A DNA stretch of 64,000 bases, taken from Eledone cirrhosa (lineage: Eukaryota). Numbering within the stretch: position 1 is the first letter of the stretch; each line of letters begins with the position of its first letter. Below the pieces are notes generated by a model. It searched no databases. It saw nothing but the letters and a program-made list of their open reading frames with translations, and was not told the DNA's origin. Of this stretch, positions 42,406-55,404 are shown in pieces. The stretch lies in assembly GCA_964016885.1 (NCBI GenBank), contig OZ024741.1, forward strand, positions 360,530,001 to 360,594,000, read 5' to 3'. The position numbers and the translations under genes are program-made.

Positions 42406-43412
42406 TAAGAATGAATATTTGTTATTATTGTTGTTTTGTTGATAGCACACGAGGAGTGTCCCGCTAATTGTTATAGCGAGATTTGTAACGGTATATTAAT
42501 TGTGAGAGAGAGGCAAAGTTAGACGGTTGTGTCTGTTTGTTGAAGTATATTTGTATTAAAGAGGAATGTAAGAAGTTGTAGTTCAGTTGTAGGTTTTGCA
42601 GCCACGAAAGAAGTATATCTGTTGCTGTAGTGATAAAAACTCTGGAAAGGATTTTTCCATATCACATTTAAAGGCTATGGCTATGGTAAAAATATTACAA
42701 GACCTTATAATATTTTACAAGTTTTATTTACAACCGATTGCAAAAGTTAAGCTGGATTAACATGTCAAACAAAAGAACAAACAAAATTAAGAGTTTCGAG
42801 AAGTAAAGAAAGGCGCTGTGACTGGCCGAATGAGGCCGACAGGCCTAAATGAAATCTTACCGTTATATAATGGTGTGTTGACTTCTTAGAGTCCAAAGCA
42901 GCAAGAGACTAGTTTAAACCAAAGAAGCGGGAAAAACTTTGAGCTGGTGGAAGTTGATATATATCCATATGCAGCTTACGATTAGTCTGACTTTAGCCAA
43001 ATCACGCCTGGATAAATTATTTATACACGCCATGCAAGTAGCTCCACTACACTTGTGACATCTTTGTTTTAACATTGTAAATAAGGAAGTGACTTCAAAA
43101 AAAGAATTGAAAGCATGCACTAATTCAATTTACTGTAAACATAACTGTGTGTATCCAGTTTAAAATAGGTACACCATATCCCTGCATTTTGTAAGAAGCT
43201 ACTAAAAGGGTTGATATCAGGAAGGTCATTCGGGTGTAAAACATTGCCTCAAAACGTCACATCCAACCCATGCCAGCATGAAAAAGTCAATATAAAAATG
43301 ATGGTGATGATAATGATACCATGGTACCTAACGATAGTTCAATATTTGTTGATGGTAGGGAAAAGAATTATTTCTATTACATGTTGATCAGCAACTCTCA
43401 CTTGTAACAGAT

Positions 43413-44045
43413 TCGTTTCTTTGGCTCTATAAAATGGTAGTCATATTGGTGACATGACAAAAAGCTCCCAGCCCACCCTGTAAAGTGGTCGTGTTGGTGA
43501 CACAACAAAAAACATCCAGCCCACCTTGTAAAGTAATCGTGTTGGTGACACAACAAAAAGCACCTGGCCGAACCTGTAAGGTGGTTGTGTTGGTTTACAC
43601 AATAAAAAACACCCAGCCCACACATAAAATGATTGTGTTTGTGACCCAGCCCACCTAGTAAAGTGATCATGCTGGTGACACAACAAAAAGCACCCAGTCC
43701 ACCCTGTAAAGTGGTCATGTTGGTGATACGACAAAAAGCACCCAGCCCGGACTGTAAAGGTGGTCATGTTGGTGACATGACAAAAACACCTAGACCAACC
43801 TGTAAGGTGGTCCTGCAGGTGACACAAAAAGTACCCTGTCCAACCTGTCAGCAGGTCATTTTGGTGCACTGATAAAAACACTGTAAATGTGGTTGGTATT
43901 AGGAAGGGCATCGATAGAAACCAAGCTAGAAACAGTTGTGTATGAGCAAGACACGGTCACCTGATCTTACTTGTCTCACAATGGGACAACTTGTCGAACC
44001 CTTTCAAGTATGGAAAATGGACGTTAAACAGTGATGATGATGATA
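43413..44045 (+). repeat. SINE/RTE-tail element with an expanded internal ~46-bp tandem array
   Basis: About ten units of aaaagcacccagcccaccctgtaaagtggtcatgttggtgacac, then a ggaagggcatc...(GAT)n tail. Confidence 0.8.
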
Positions 44046-45642
44046 AAATAAGTAAAACCCTATCCTTCTTTCCTTGCCTGTGTTAAGGAATAATAATAAT
44101 AAAAAAAGATGCAACAACATACACAGATATATGAGGTAATATTTAAATAGAAACTATAAACTCTTTTATAGTCAGATAATTATAGATTTCTTTCAAAATT
44201 CATTATCTATGAAGACCACATAAAATGTTTCAGTTTGAGTTCAAATCAAAGACAGTGTCTTTCATTAGAAATGGGGTAATGAAAGGTTTCATCCTCCACA
44301 GCTATGAAACATGACAGAATATTTTGATTGTCATTTGTTGTTAAATACATCTCTTTTTCTTTGTGTGTCACTTCTGTTTTAGCGGTCAGCAAGGGTTGAT
44401 GGTGAAATCTGAGTATTTTTTCTATGTACAAGCCTATATTCATGTACTTTTAATTTTCTGACAAGCAGGTTCTAGGGGTCCCAAATGTTCTGTAGCTCAG
44501 AGCCCTTAGTTGCTTTAATCTGATCAGCAGTATCTTCTAAGGGGACTGTTTACTCCTGCACCAAGTTACATTTGTTGGCATGCATTATGACAACTAATCC
44601 AAGTAATGACCTGACTAGAGACGAGGAGTTAGCACCAGATATTTATGAGTTCATTAATATTGATCATATTGCACTGATTCATACTTTGGCTGGAACATCT
44701 GCCCAGATAAAGTTTTCTTGTAAATATTTCATGAAAGTTTTCTATCAAAGGATCCAGTATGATTTGAAAAGGGCAGCAAGAGTAGATAATGTATTGGATC
44801 AGGGCTTGGACAATAACTGACAACTTCTCTATTGCTCGCCCTTTGAAAATGCACCCAGTACACCCTGTAAGGTGATTGATATTAGGAAGGGTACCATGCT
44901 GTAGAAACCATCTAGTGATGGTGATCTACATGATAACTGCACCTATTACTTGCTGTAAAGTAATTGGTGATAGGAAAGGCAACCAGCTGTAGAAAGTTTA
45001 CCAAACAAAGGGTCAGGAAAACCCTTCAGTTGTGTCAAAGTCATGACAACCTCCCTAGTGCTGGTGTCACAATAAAATGATTTAGTAGAGTTTGAGATCA
45101 TATGGAAGCAAGAGGTAGGCTCCTTGTCAATCTGAAAGGTCAGTTGCCCTGCTTGAGTACTGACTCAGTTTGCAAAAAGCCATCTAACTCTCACTAGAAG
45201 GGACGTAAAATGATGATGAAAATAATGGTGTAGCTCAAGGGAGAAATGAGGGATTGAAGCAGTTGAGATATAAATGTTTGTGCAACTATGTGCTTATTAA
45301 ATGTTTCCAAGCCAACTTACATTCATTAATATTTGTATGTTTATTACAAATTTAAAAACACTTTCAATGACAAAAGCAGTACAATATCACAATCTTCCCA
45401 TCCCAAGACAGTAATCCCCTAATCTGGGATGTGATCTACTGCAATACATCATTCTGCCCATTATCAACATCACATTCCATTTCCTTACTTTTGAAAAGAA
45501 AATGACCCTAACCTCAAAATATGAAATATAAGGTAAAAGTGTAAGCTATTGTTTTGTTTTGTTCTGTTTGTCTTACATTACTCTAGTTTTCACTCCTGTA
45601 CTTCTCATTTGCATTGGACCAGTTCTCTTAAAACATTCCTAT

Positions 45643-45699
<57 letters not shown>

Positions 45700-45833
45700 T
45701 AGAAGGGATATTTAATTTGTTGGAAATCCGACAAATATAAATGTTTATAACTGATTCAGAACACTCAACAGAGTTCTGGAGTAAATAGTCAATGATATTA
45801 AATAAATGGAAACTATATTTATAAAACCATATT

Positions 45834-45896
45834 TATTTTATTATATATATTTCAAGGGCACCAAAACACTTTGGTACACTTTCTTCAGATAAAATA
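45834..45896 (-). ncRNA. Type I hammerhead ribozyme motif (left arm of fold-back)
   Basis: Minus strand reads UAUUUUAU-CUGAAGA-aagugUACCAAagugUUUUGGUGcccuu-GAAA-UAUAUA-UA-AUAAAAUA. Confidence 0.72.
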
Positions 45897-45971
45897 CAAA
45901 GTTTGTTTTATAAATAGAGACATACCCAGGAAAATCATACCTTATCAGTTGAATATTCCCTGGATAGCTGA

Positions 45972-46034
45972 TATTTTATCTGAAGAAAGCATACCAAAGT
46001 GTTTTGGTGCCCTTGAAATATATATAATAAAATA
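45972..46034 (+). ncRNA. Type I hammerhead ribozyme motif (right arm of fold-back)
   Basis: UAUUUUAU-CUGAAGA-aagcaUACCAAagugUUUUGGUGcccuu-GAAA-UAUAUA-UA-AUAAAAUA. Perfect 8-bp stem I. Confidence 0.72.
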
Positions 46035-46089
46035 AGTATGGTTTTATAAATATAGTTTCCATTTATTTAATATCATTGTATATATATAT

Positions 46090-46430
46090 GGAGGTACATG
46101 GCTTAGTGGTTAGAGCATTGGGCTAGCAATCGAAAGGTTGTGAGTTCAATTCTCAGACCGGATGATGTGTTGTTTCCTTGAGCAAGACACTTTATTTCAC
46201 ATTGCTCCATTTTACTCAGCTGTAGAAATGAGATGATAGGACTGGAGTCCCTATCATTCCACTGCAAAGTGGTCGTGGAGGTGCCACGGCAAAAAAGCAC
46301 CCAGCACTCGCTGTAAATGAGGTTGGTGTTAGGAAGGGCATCCAGCTGTAGAAATCAAGCCAGAATCAGTTCCCGTCCCACCCTTGCAAGCAGGGAAAAG
46401 CGGACGTGAAATGATGATGATGATGATGAT
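46090..46430 (+). mobile_element. tRNA-derived SINE, family B
   Basis: Matches 21684-22073 but with one fewer internal repeat unit. Confidence 0.9.
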
Positions 46431-46468
46431 ATATATATACGTATATATATATATATATATATATATAA

Positions 46469-46997
46469 GTTAGGTCACTCTCGAGTTCTACTGCTAACAT
46501 GTAACCCAGTAGAACCTGTCTCATGGTCGGGTCGTCGGCGACTAAACCGGCAACCCCACCAAGCTTGCTTGGTGAGGCGGGTGATATTTGGACACCCTGC
46601 GGGATGAAATACAAGACCCGGCAAAAGCCGGAGGGACTCGGCAGCAGAGTCAGCAGCCATCCAAATAGTACTTTTTTTTTCACCTGGGAGTGAAAGACCC
46701 TCAGTTGTTGTCACAAAAAACACCTTTCTAGGAGGGGGAAACTCTGAAAAAAACCTGTGGTTTTGGAAGCATCCGATGATGTTGACCAGTTCTCCTTTTC
46801 GGGTAGTGTTTTCGATGCTCAGAGAGTGGGATTGGTCAAGTGAAAGGCCTTTCCCCACTTAAAGAACTTTCAAACCACAGGCATTGCTTGTTCTGGATAT
46901 GTTACAGGTTCATGTGGCTGGCCGTAGCCTAAAAGTGCACTAAACTCCATAATCTGACAAGCGATTGCAGTACTCTTAGCAGAATTTGCAGCCATCA
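46469..46997. mobile_element. Longest copy of the GCAGCCATC-terminus repeat family, inserted in (TA)n
   Basis: Homologous to 1501-1700 and bounded by (TA)n on both sides. Confidence 0.65.
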
Positions 46998-47001
46998 TAT
47001 A

Positions 47002-47033
<32 letters not shown>

Positions 47034-47035
47034 AT

Positions 47036-47475
47036 CATTGGATAAAGTGACAGGAAGCCAGATTGTTAGAATTCTTTTGAAGTTTTTTTTTTGCAGACAC
47101 TATATATATTTCAATGGCTAGTAGAATCCCAGTGACATCATCAGGTACATTGTATAACATTCATAAAGGAATCACGGTAAACACAAACTGGGTACACGGA
47201 GACAAAAAATAAAAATAAAGTCGGAGATATTTGACTCAGGGGCAGTCTACATTTGGTTAGACTGACCACCCCTGAGGCAAATATCTCCAATTTTATTTTT
47301 ATTTTTTGTCTCCATGTACCCAGTTTGTGTTTACCATGATTACTTTATAAATGTTATACAATGCCCCTGATGCTATTGCTGGAATTCTACTGGCCATTGA
47401 AATATATATAGTGTCTGCAATTATAACAACTTTAAAGGAATTCCAACAATCTAGCCTCCTGTCACTTTATTCAAT
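47036..47475. mobile_element. ~440-bp fold-back element with a hammerhead motif in each arm
   Basis: Arms are reverse complements around an apex at ~47250. Minus-strand CUGAUGA at 47138-47144 with GAAA-UAUAUA-UA. The plus-strand copy has the mutated core CUGAUGC (47367). Confidence 0.75.
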
Positions 47476-48429
47476 AATAATTAGCTCTGTTCCCACACCA
47501 CTAACAGAAACTTACATCAAAGATGATTGAGTTACTTTACGTTGAGTGCTTTTCATAACCAAACCTCTGATGTTGGTAAATGAATAGAAACAACATAGGC
47601 CAGAAAAGTCTTTTTAGTCTTGCTGGAGACAACACAACTGCTCTATTGCTGATGTCATGATAAATGCACCCAGTAAGTAATGTAAATTGCTTGGAAAATA
47701 AATGAATGAAGAGAACATAGGGTAGAGAAGATGTTTTAGTCTTGCCAGGGATAAGACAATCTTTCTTGTATTGGTGCCACAATAGAATGAAGTAGTTGGC
47801 TGTAGAAAGGGTATCCAACTGTGGAAACCATTCCCAAAATATGGGACATATGACTCAGACATTGTCAACTCATCCAACCTAGGCCAGTATGAGAAGATTT
47901 GAATAAGATTTAGCTACCTTTTCTAGCAGATCAAATGACCATTAGGATCCCTTGCTGCTGTTGTTAATAGTGGTTGGGAAGTGAAGGATTTTGATTATCA
48001 CCAAGATTAAAAAAACAAAACAAAAACAACAGAATGTTCTGATTTTACTGCCTTATATTGACAATTTTAGTGTGAATAAGTAGTTTTATGATTGTTGGAT
48101 GTCCACTTATCAAGGTTAGTTAACTTAACAATGCCTCCCCGCCTCTCTCTCTCACACACACATACAGACATGCGTATGAGTTTATACATATACACATGAA
48201 CATGTGTGTATATGTAGTGAGGGTGGGGGGCTATATCTTTAAAACATACATAGTCTCACTAATGTTGGCAGGTTTACCCCAAGTTCTCACCAAAATTAGC
48301 CTTGGAAATAGAAAGAGTAATTTCAGGCTCATTAATTTTCATCAGTTTTTGCTAAATCTTGAGCTTCTGAGCAGCAGATAACAGCTTATAGCTATATAGG
48401 AAATGTTACTAATCTCCAGAATTCCTTCC

Positions 48430-48942
48430 ACATCAAGACTGTCTTCATCAACATTTTACATCAATTGTTCTCCAAGTCTGCATGGTTTGGACAGGTCTTC
48501 TCTACTACAGAATCTTACTGCTTGTTGCAGTTTTTTTCATCTCTTTCATAAGATTCAGGATCCTGAGATTAGCCATCACCATATTTTACCTTGTCATCCT
48601 CAGTCTTCTTCTTCTGTGGACTCCGTTCATTTGGATCAGTTGGTACTTCATAATCTGTCATCCTTCACGTATATCAAGTGTCTCTCTTTGTACATTAGTC
48701 TTGATTCTTCTTATACCCAACCTTTTCCCTCAACTCACCTTAGAAGTGTTGTTCATGCACACTAATATTATACATTCAGTGAGGCATGCTATTTTCATTT
48801 CAATCTAGCCTTAGCACATCTTCTTCATCCAATGCCCATGTTTCACTACCATGCAGCATCATACTTTGTATGCAAGCATTATACAATCCCCCCTTATTCA
48901 GGAGAGGAATCTCCTATTTCTGACAGAGGCAAGAGTTCTCTT
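48430..48942 (-). mobile_element. Old degenerate RTE fragment
   Basis: LYNACIQSMMLHGSETWALDEEDVLRL on the minus strand parallels the fragment at ~18200-18300. Confidence 0.7.
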
Positions 48943-49359
48943 GCTTTAGAAATATAAATATACTAAGGTATAGTAATCTGCATAGTTTTCAAGCTGCATT
49001 TAATGAAAAGAGAAATTTTAGCAGTTGGTTAATACCATAATACAAATTAATTTACCCACTTATAAACTAAGTTGTATTTCCTATGTAGTTGTAAGCTTTT
49101 ACTTTGTAGCGTAAAGTAGACACTAATGAAGGATAACAATCCTGAAACATCTCTTCCTGTTAACTTATAATACATTATTCAGAATTTAAGGCACATCCCA
49201 CCAAGATATATTCCACAAGGCCATGTGTATTGTAAACAAATAACATACTTCTGTTTAGTGACATTTTTACTTCCCATGTCCCATTTAATATAAAGAGTGT
49301 GTGTGCGTATGTATGTGTGTGTGGTAAATGTGTATTTTCATACAATGGTGTAGCATTAT

Positions 49360-49570
49360 TGGCTGTATTGGTAGAGTGTCAGACACCCTTCACGGGAGAG
49401 AGTTACGTCCCTTTACGTTCTGAGTTCAAATCCTGCTGAGGTTAGCTTTGCCTTTCATCTTTACAGGGTCGATAAAATAAAGTACCAGTAATACACTGAG
49501 ATCAATTTAATCGACTTTACCTTTCCTCCAAAATTGTTGGCTTTGTGCCTAAATCAGAAACCATTATTAT
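49360..49570 (+). mobile_element. Family A SINE, long variant
   Basis: B box, core and tail present, with an extra internal segment. Confidence 0.8.
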
Positions 49571-50087
49571 GGTGTTATTTCAATATAAAGTAGTGGTCAC
49601 AACCAGGTAACCAAGGACGTAACCTCTTCAAGTGCTAAATAAATGAAAGATCTTCTAGGCTAGTGATTCTCAAATGGAAGGCACTTGGCTCCCACGAAAG
49701 GAATTTCAAATTCCAAGAGAGGAATTTTAGCCAAGGTATATTGAGAGAGAAATATCAATCATGGGAGGAATCTAAACTGGGAAAGAATGGTGAATATAGT
49801 GTATAAAGCAGATGAAATATTAATATACTCTATATAATGTGGAAAGTGATATAAGGTTAAACAATGCAAAATGGACGATAAGCTGAAACTAACGAAATAT
49901 TTAGTTACCTGGTAATCTTTGTTTTTGTTGATGTTGTTTCTTTTGTCCTAATAGTTCAAGACTTAAAATTCCCTTCTTCAGAGTATAAGGAACTCAGAGA
50001 AAACTGTTCTGGTGTTTTCTCTTTGGAATTAAATTTATATTTAAATGTTATGAATCATTTTAGAAAGTTGACAAAAAGTAATTTGCT

Positions 50088-50316
50088 TTAAACCTTTAAC
50101 ATTTAAACTGGCCATATCCGGTCAGAATTCTCTCACCTCTTTCTGTTCAAACTGGTCATAACCGGCCACTCATACTGATATTAAGGTATTGTTCTCAAAA
50201 TAAATAACATGAAAATCTCGTAGATTCGATATTATGTGAGATAATTATGTAAGATAAAGCCTTTACCACTAAAATACTATTGCATATGTAGAGTAATGTA
50301 AATGCTAAAGGGTTAA
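50088..50316. mobile_element. piggyBac-like MITE
   Basis: TTAA-aCCTTT...AAAGGG-TTAA. Homologous to 18983-19211. Confidence 0.65.
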
Positions 50317-53300
50317 TAAACCTGGGATTGCAAAGGAAAGAACATCACCTGGGTCTCTGAGAACCATTTTTGTAGACTGTTGTTTGACCTGCTAGAAATA
50401 GTAGCCAAATCTACCCCAACTTACACTTTACCATTTCCAGAACATGGGAGAAAAAAGGCAGGCTGATTACAGCTGGAATGCCTTTGATTATAGGTTTGCT
50501 CAATCAGGGTTGACAGGGCTAAACAACAGCCAGTGAGATGCATCACTAATGTATAATCCTAATCAAAATTTTAAAGCTATTTATAAATGTTTTTCCTGTG
50601 ACACATATATACAATAGTTTCTTTCATCTCTCAATTATAGCTTCTGCTCTGTTAATTTGTTTTTCTTCTGAAATTATTACTTAGAGACAAATAAATACAC
50701 ACAACTGACTCAAGAATCACACTGATTCCCTGTCATAACTCTCTTTTCTTTCTCTTCTTTCTATCTAATGTTTTCTCCTTTTCAACACCTCCTCATCTAT
50801 CGCTCACCCTTTCTCCTAACAATGGACTGAACCAGATCTGAGCCCCCCTCTCCCTATTATGTTGCGAGGGCCGGCATTAGGTCCAACTTTATCCAATACA
50901 CCATACCATCTCCCATCTGTACACCAATCTTTCACCTCCAAGTCATTCGTTATTGACATCTATCACTCTCTATCACTCTCTACTGCTTAGTTCTGTTACT
51001 ATTTATCACTCACTCTATCTCTGTCTAACCAGGAAACATGTAGCTGCTATCACTGTCTCTCTCTCCCATTATGTCCTCCTCTTTCACCCTCTTGCTCCAA
51101 TCACTCTGTTTCTCCCATCATATGCTCTCTCTCTCTTCTTTCACTCTCTTGCCCTTGGTTTTTCTGTCATTGCTCTCGTTTCTATTTGCTCTCTTGCCTT
51201 AAACAAATGGAGATTAGATAGAATAATGAGAACTGTAGTAGTGAGTTAGAGTTAGGAAAGGCATCCAGCCATAAAAATCATGTAAAAATTGGAATGCATG
51301 AAGAAAAGGCTATTTCTAACCTGTCTAACAGGGCAGTAACTTGAAATAAGAACTGGTTTGGACTATTATAACCCCATCCAACTTATGGAAAGTGGATTTT
51401 AAATAATGATGTTGGTGGTATTGGTAGGGTGACAGTGTTGGCATTGTGATAGCAGCACTAACCATGTAATTGATATAACAGGAACTTGATATACGTTCTG
51501 GTCAGAGGGTTTTGGCAAGTAGGGCACTCATGGATATACCCCATTCTGGACAAGATCTACCAGTGAGACAACCCATGAATTAGGTGAGCTACATCTCCTT
51601 CCTCCTTGTATAATAAGTACACAAGACCCTATGGCACATGAGTACACAAGACCCTATGGCACACAAGTACATAAAACCCTACTGTCTCACTCACCCTAAT
51701 ATTGATAAATATATATGTAAAAAAAACATCAATAATGTGTTTTAATGCAATTAAAATACAAGTAGAGTTTTGGAATAGAAACAACTCAGTTTTGGATTGG
51801 GGACAATTTTTCTAATTATTGTAATTAAGAAATTTGGCCACAACAATAGAGAACAGATTAATAGTTTATAATTGTAAGCAATCGCGTAGTATATTTCTGG
51901 CTTAACAATTAAAAGTATGGATTGGTTAGGCTATATATTTTAATATTTACATAAATTATTGGAACAGATGTTTCACAATTGTTGTGGAATATTATAGGAA
52001 AGCATTTTTTGTTTTTTCTTTTTATCATTCCATTCTAATGCACCTGTGTCAAATATTATGGAGGGTGGAGAGCAGGAAGGGGGACTACTTGTTATAAATC
52101 AATGATTTTGAATTGGTGTTTTCATAGCTTGTTGATATTTGAAGTATGCGGAATGATAGGTTAAATTTAGGGACTGTCCCATGTCAGGAGACTCATCAGG
52201 CTAGAGTTTATATCAGTTCCATTACAGTTAAGGGACTGGCATTACAAGGCTTTCTTCTGGACATTATGTTAATGCATTGCAGGTTTAACCCTCAGCTGCA
52301 GTTGATACTTAATACTTATTTTCAGCTGAGTAAATTCGAGCAATGTGAAATGAAATTCTTTGTTCAAGAACACTACAAGCTGCCTGGGCCATGAGCCCAA
52401 CACCTTAACCACTAGGCTACATATCTTTACTAAATGATATGGCTATAATTAATTGAAGTTGGTGAGAGTTTCACAACTGAATGTCCTGAGAAAAATGTAG
52501 TTTGTAATTATGGTATGGTATTCAAAGTGGCTCTTCTATAATTATTGTTACCAAGTGGCTATGAACAATTGAACTACAATATCAAACTTCCTATAGTTTA
52601 TTTTCTCACACTATTTTGTCTCTCACTCTACTAGTTTTATAAATCCTACCAGGATGGATTTGAACCTGGAAAGTTCCTCTCCAAGGGGTAAGGCTGGGCA
52701 AGATGTTTTGTGAAAAACCTGCAGTTATCCTTGCAAATCAGTCTTGCCTCTCCACACCACTTATGTTGTCAGAAAAACAAAGGCCAATACAGCTTGGCAC
52801 CAGTAACATCACAACTAATTTTTTCCACCTGGTTAGACTAGACATCACCTAGTTTGGGAATCAAACTCACAAGCTTTTTACTGTGAGCTCAACATCCTAA
52901 CCACTAAGTTATATACCTTCACAGGAATGTGAAACTAGGCAGGATATATTTGCATTTATGTTATAAATTGTTTTTTATGTAGGAATGTTAGCTACTGGGT
53001 AAAAAAAAAACTACTACATGGTGGGGACAGTAGTAGAAGGTGTTCAAACTAAAGAAAGAAAGCTAAGGAAGTCATGGAATGGGATAAAGTTTGATTATCT
53101 CAGGAGCTAGTTCTCACAAATATTATGACACAGAACTAAGGAGAGTGGGAATACCAGCAATGAACTATATCATACCATCATTGAAAAATAGACATTAATC
53201 TTTTCATAGCCAAAATTAAGAATTTTGGATGGATTTAGAAAACATTATTAACTTTCTTCTTATTAAGCTGGTGTTTGGAGCATAGCTTAAAAGTTCTTAC

Positions 53301-53821
53301 TTAAAATTATGTTAGCAGGTTTTTAGATAAATACAAACCTAGTTATTGATACTTCTTGCTCTGATCTCACTAATAAAATCACTAAGACTGCATTTTCTAC
53401 CACACAGTTCACACTCATTCATGCCAAATCACGTTACAGGTATATAACCCTCTTCACTGCTTTGGCTATTTCCACAAGACTACTTCGCAACAAAAATATT
53501 CAGTGATTTAGTTATTTATACAAATTTGTATAAAGCTGTTCAGTAATGTGTCCTAAGTAGCCGCCTAGTTGGCCTAAATGGTAGCACTAATGACAACTCA
53601 CTAGTTTATATATTTTAATGAATGACAGCTCTTTGTTTATATAACTAGTGGTAACCCCTCTCTATGTATCTTAATGGTAGCTAATTGTAATAGAGCAAGA
53701 TGCTTAGAAAATAAATGGTATAATCATTCTATTGGGTTACTACAGTTTGACAACACAAACATTTAACTTAGTTTTTAGAGAATTAGTTTCATCAATAGGC
53801 AGGCCAAATATTGTTTAGTTT

Positions 53822-54325
53822 CACCAGTAAGGCATTCTAGTAGGATTTGTGATGGACCTCACTAGTAAGACTAACTTACTAAGGCTGGTGATGGGCCTCA
53901 CTAGTAAAACTAACTTACTAGGGCTAATGATGGGCTTACCAGTAAGGCATTCTACTAGCTAGCGATGGGAATCACAAGAAAGATCAATCTAGTGATGGGT
54001 TCTATGAGTAAATCTAATCCACTAGAACTAGAGATGGGCCTCACCAATAAGGCAGTCTACTTGAGACTGGCCTCCCAGTAAGGCAGTTTACTTGAGACTG
54101 GCTTCCCAGTAAGGCAGTCTACTTGAGACTAGCCTCACCAGTATGACATTCTACTTGAGACCAGCCTCTCAGTAAGGCAGTCTACTTGAGACTGACCTCC
54201 CAGTAAAGCAGTCTACTTGAGACTGACCTCCCAGTAAGGCAAACTTACTAGCATTAGTAATGGACCCCATCAATTTGACCAACTTACAAGAGATAGTGAT
54301 GTGCCTCATAAGTAAGGCAACTAGT
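53822..54325. repeat. Minisatellite, ~31-bp unit (cagtaaggcagtctacttgagactggcctcc)
   Basis: Homogeneous units at 54045-54240 with diverged flanking units. Confidence 0.85.
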
Positions 54326-54504
54326 GTTAAAGATAGGCATAACCAGCAGATGGCTTTGCCCCATAACTGCCTACATAGAGATGAAATCTCAGTGGTGCCC
54401 CAACAGCTCATAGAGCATTAACAAACAGACATAGCGAGACTCAGTTCATCCCAATCTTTACTCCAACACTTTTCTTACTTTCCTGGATTATTATTACATT
54501 CACC

Positions 54505-54687
54505 GGTGGATTGGCAGTATCTGTAGAGTGTCGGACGTCATGCTTTGAGTTATAGAGTTACGGCCCTTGCCATTCTGAGTTCAAATCCTGCCGAGGTTAA
54601 CTTTGCCTTTCATCCTTACGGGGTCGATAAAATAAAGTACCAGTAATGCACTGGGTAATTGCTGGCCTTGTGCCAAACGTAGAAACA
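54505..54687 (+). mobile_element. Family A SINE with 15-bp target-site duplication
   Basis: attattacattcacc at 54490-54504 and at 54688-54702. Confidence 0.92.
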
Positions 54688-55306
54688 ATTATTACATTCA
54701 CCCTTAACATCCTGTAATGATTCAACAGAAAAATATTTAATAATTGGTTTGTTAATTCAAATGTTTATAGTATCTTTACCAGTGAACAGATTGTTTTGAA
54801 AATGTTTCAGTTTTAAAAACTTCAATATTTATTGTGATGCAGCCATAAAACTGCTTTGTACTTTCCAAGAATGTTTTGTTGGTGCAATTTCATGTGATAC
54901 AGGATGTTAAAAGTTAGAAGATTCCGCAGAACAGTTTCCAATGCAATAATAAGAGGACATTTTTTTTTATAAGAAAAGGACAAAAATAAATAAATTAATT
55001 AATAAATGAACAAAATAAAATAAACAATTACAAAAAAAGTAAAAACAATGGAAAAGTTTTTAATATCAAAACAAAATTTTCATTTGAAAATCCCCAATAA
55101 AATACAATATTATCACAGTATGACATGGTTCACCTTGGAGTTTTGTTACAACAAACATTGGAAATATTTTACACAAAAGAATCACTGAACATTGTATTAT
55201 CAATTACATTTCAATATTGTTGTTGTAGTGTTGCTAGGTTTAGTAATTAAAGTTTTACAGAGAATTAATTAGAAAATCTAGAGGGTAGTTAAAAAAATAG
55301 AAATTG

Positions 55307-55346
<40 letters not shown>

Positions 55347-55404
55347 ATGTTCGTTTTGTTTGGGTTGTATTCCAGTGTTACTGCTGTAGTGTGTGTGCAG
55401 AGTG

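Noticed and set aside
42440-42690. Possible promoter or first exon of a plus-strand gene (locally more CpG, ATGGCTATG|GTAAAA)
   Set aside because: Weak donor, and no recognisable downstream exon chain could be built.
44572-44820. 82-aa non-repetitive ORF
   Set aside because: No recognisable motif, no supporting splice signals, and a non-ATG start.
46520-46590. HDV-like ribozyme in the GC-rich hairpin cluster
   Set aside because: Could not assign P1/P2/P3/P1.1 pairings or the catalytic C convincingly by eye.
51482-51583. Exon-like segment ending in AG|GTGAGC
   Set aside because: The acceptor lacks a pyrimidine tract and all three frames hit stops.
53822-54325. Regular ~31-bp repeats resembling a CRISPR array (also 43413-43880)
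   Set aside because: Contiguous tandem units with no unique spacers, no cas genes, and a eukaryotic context.
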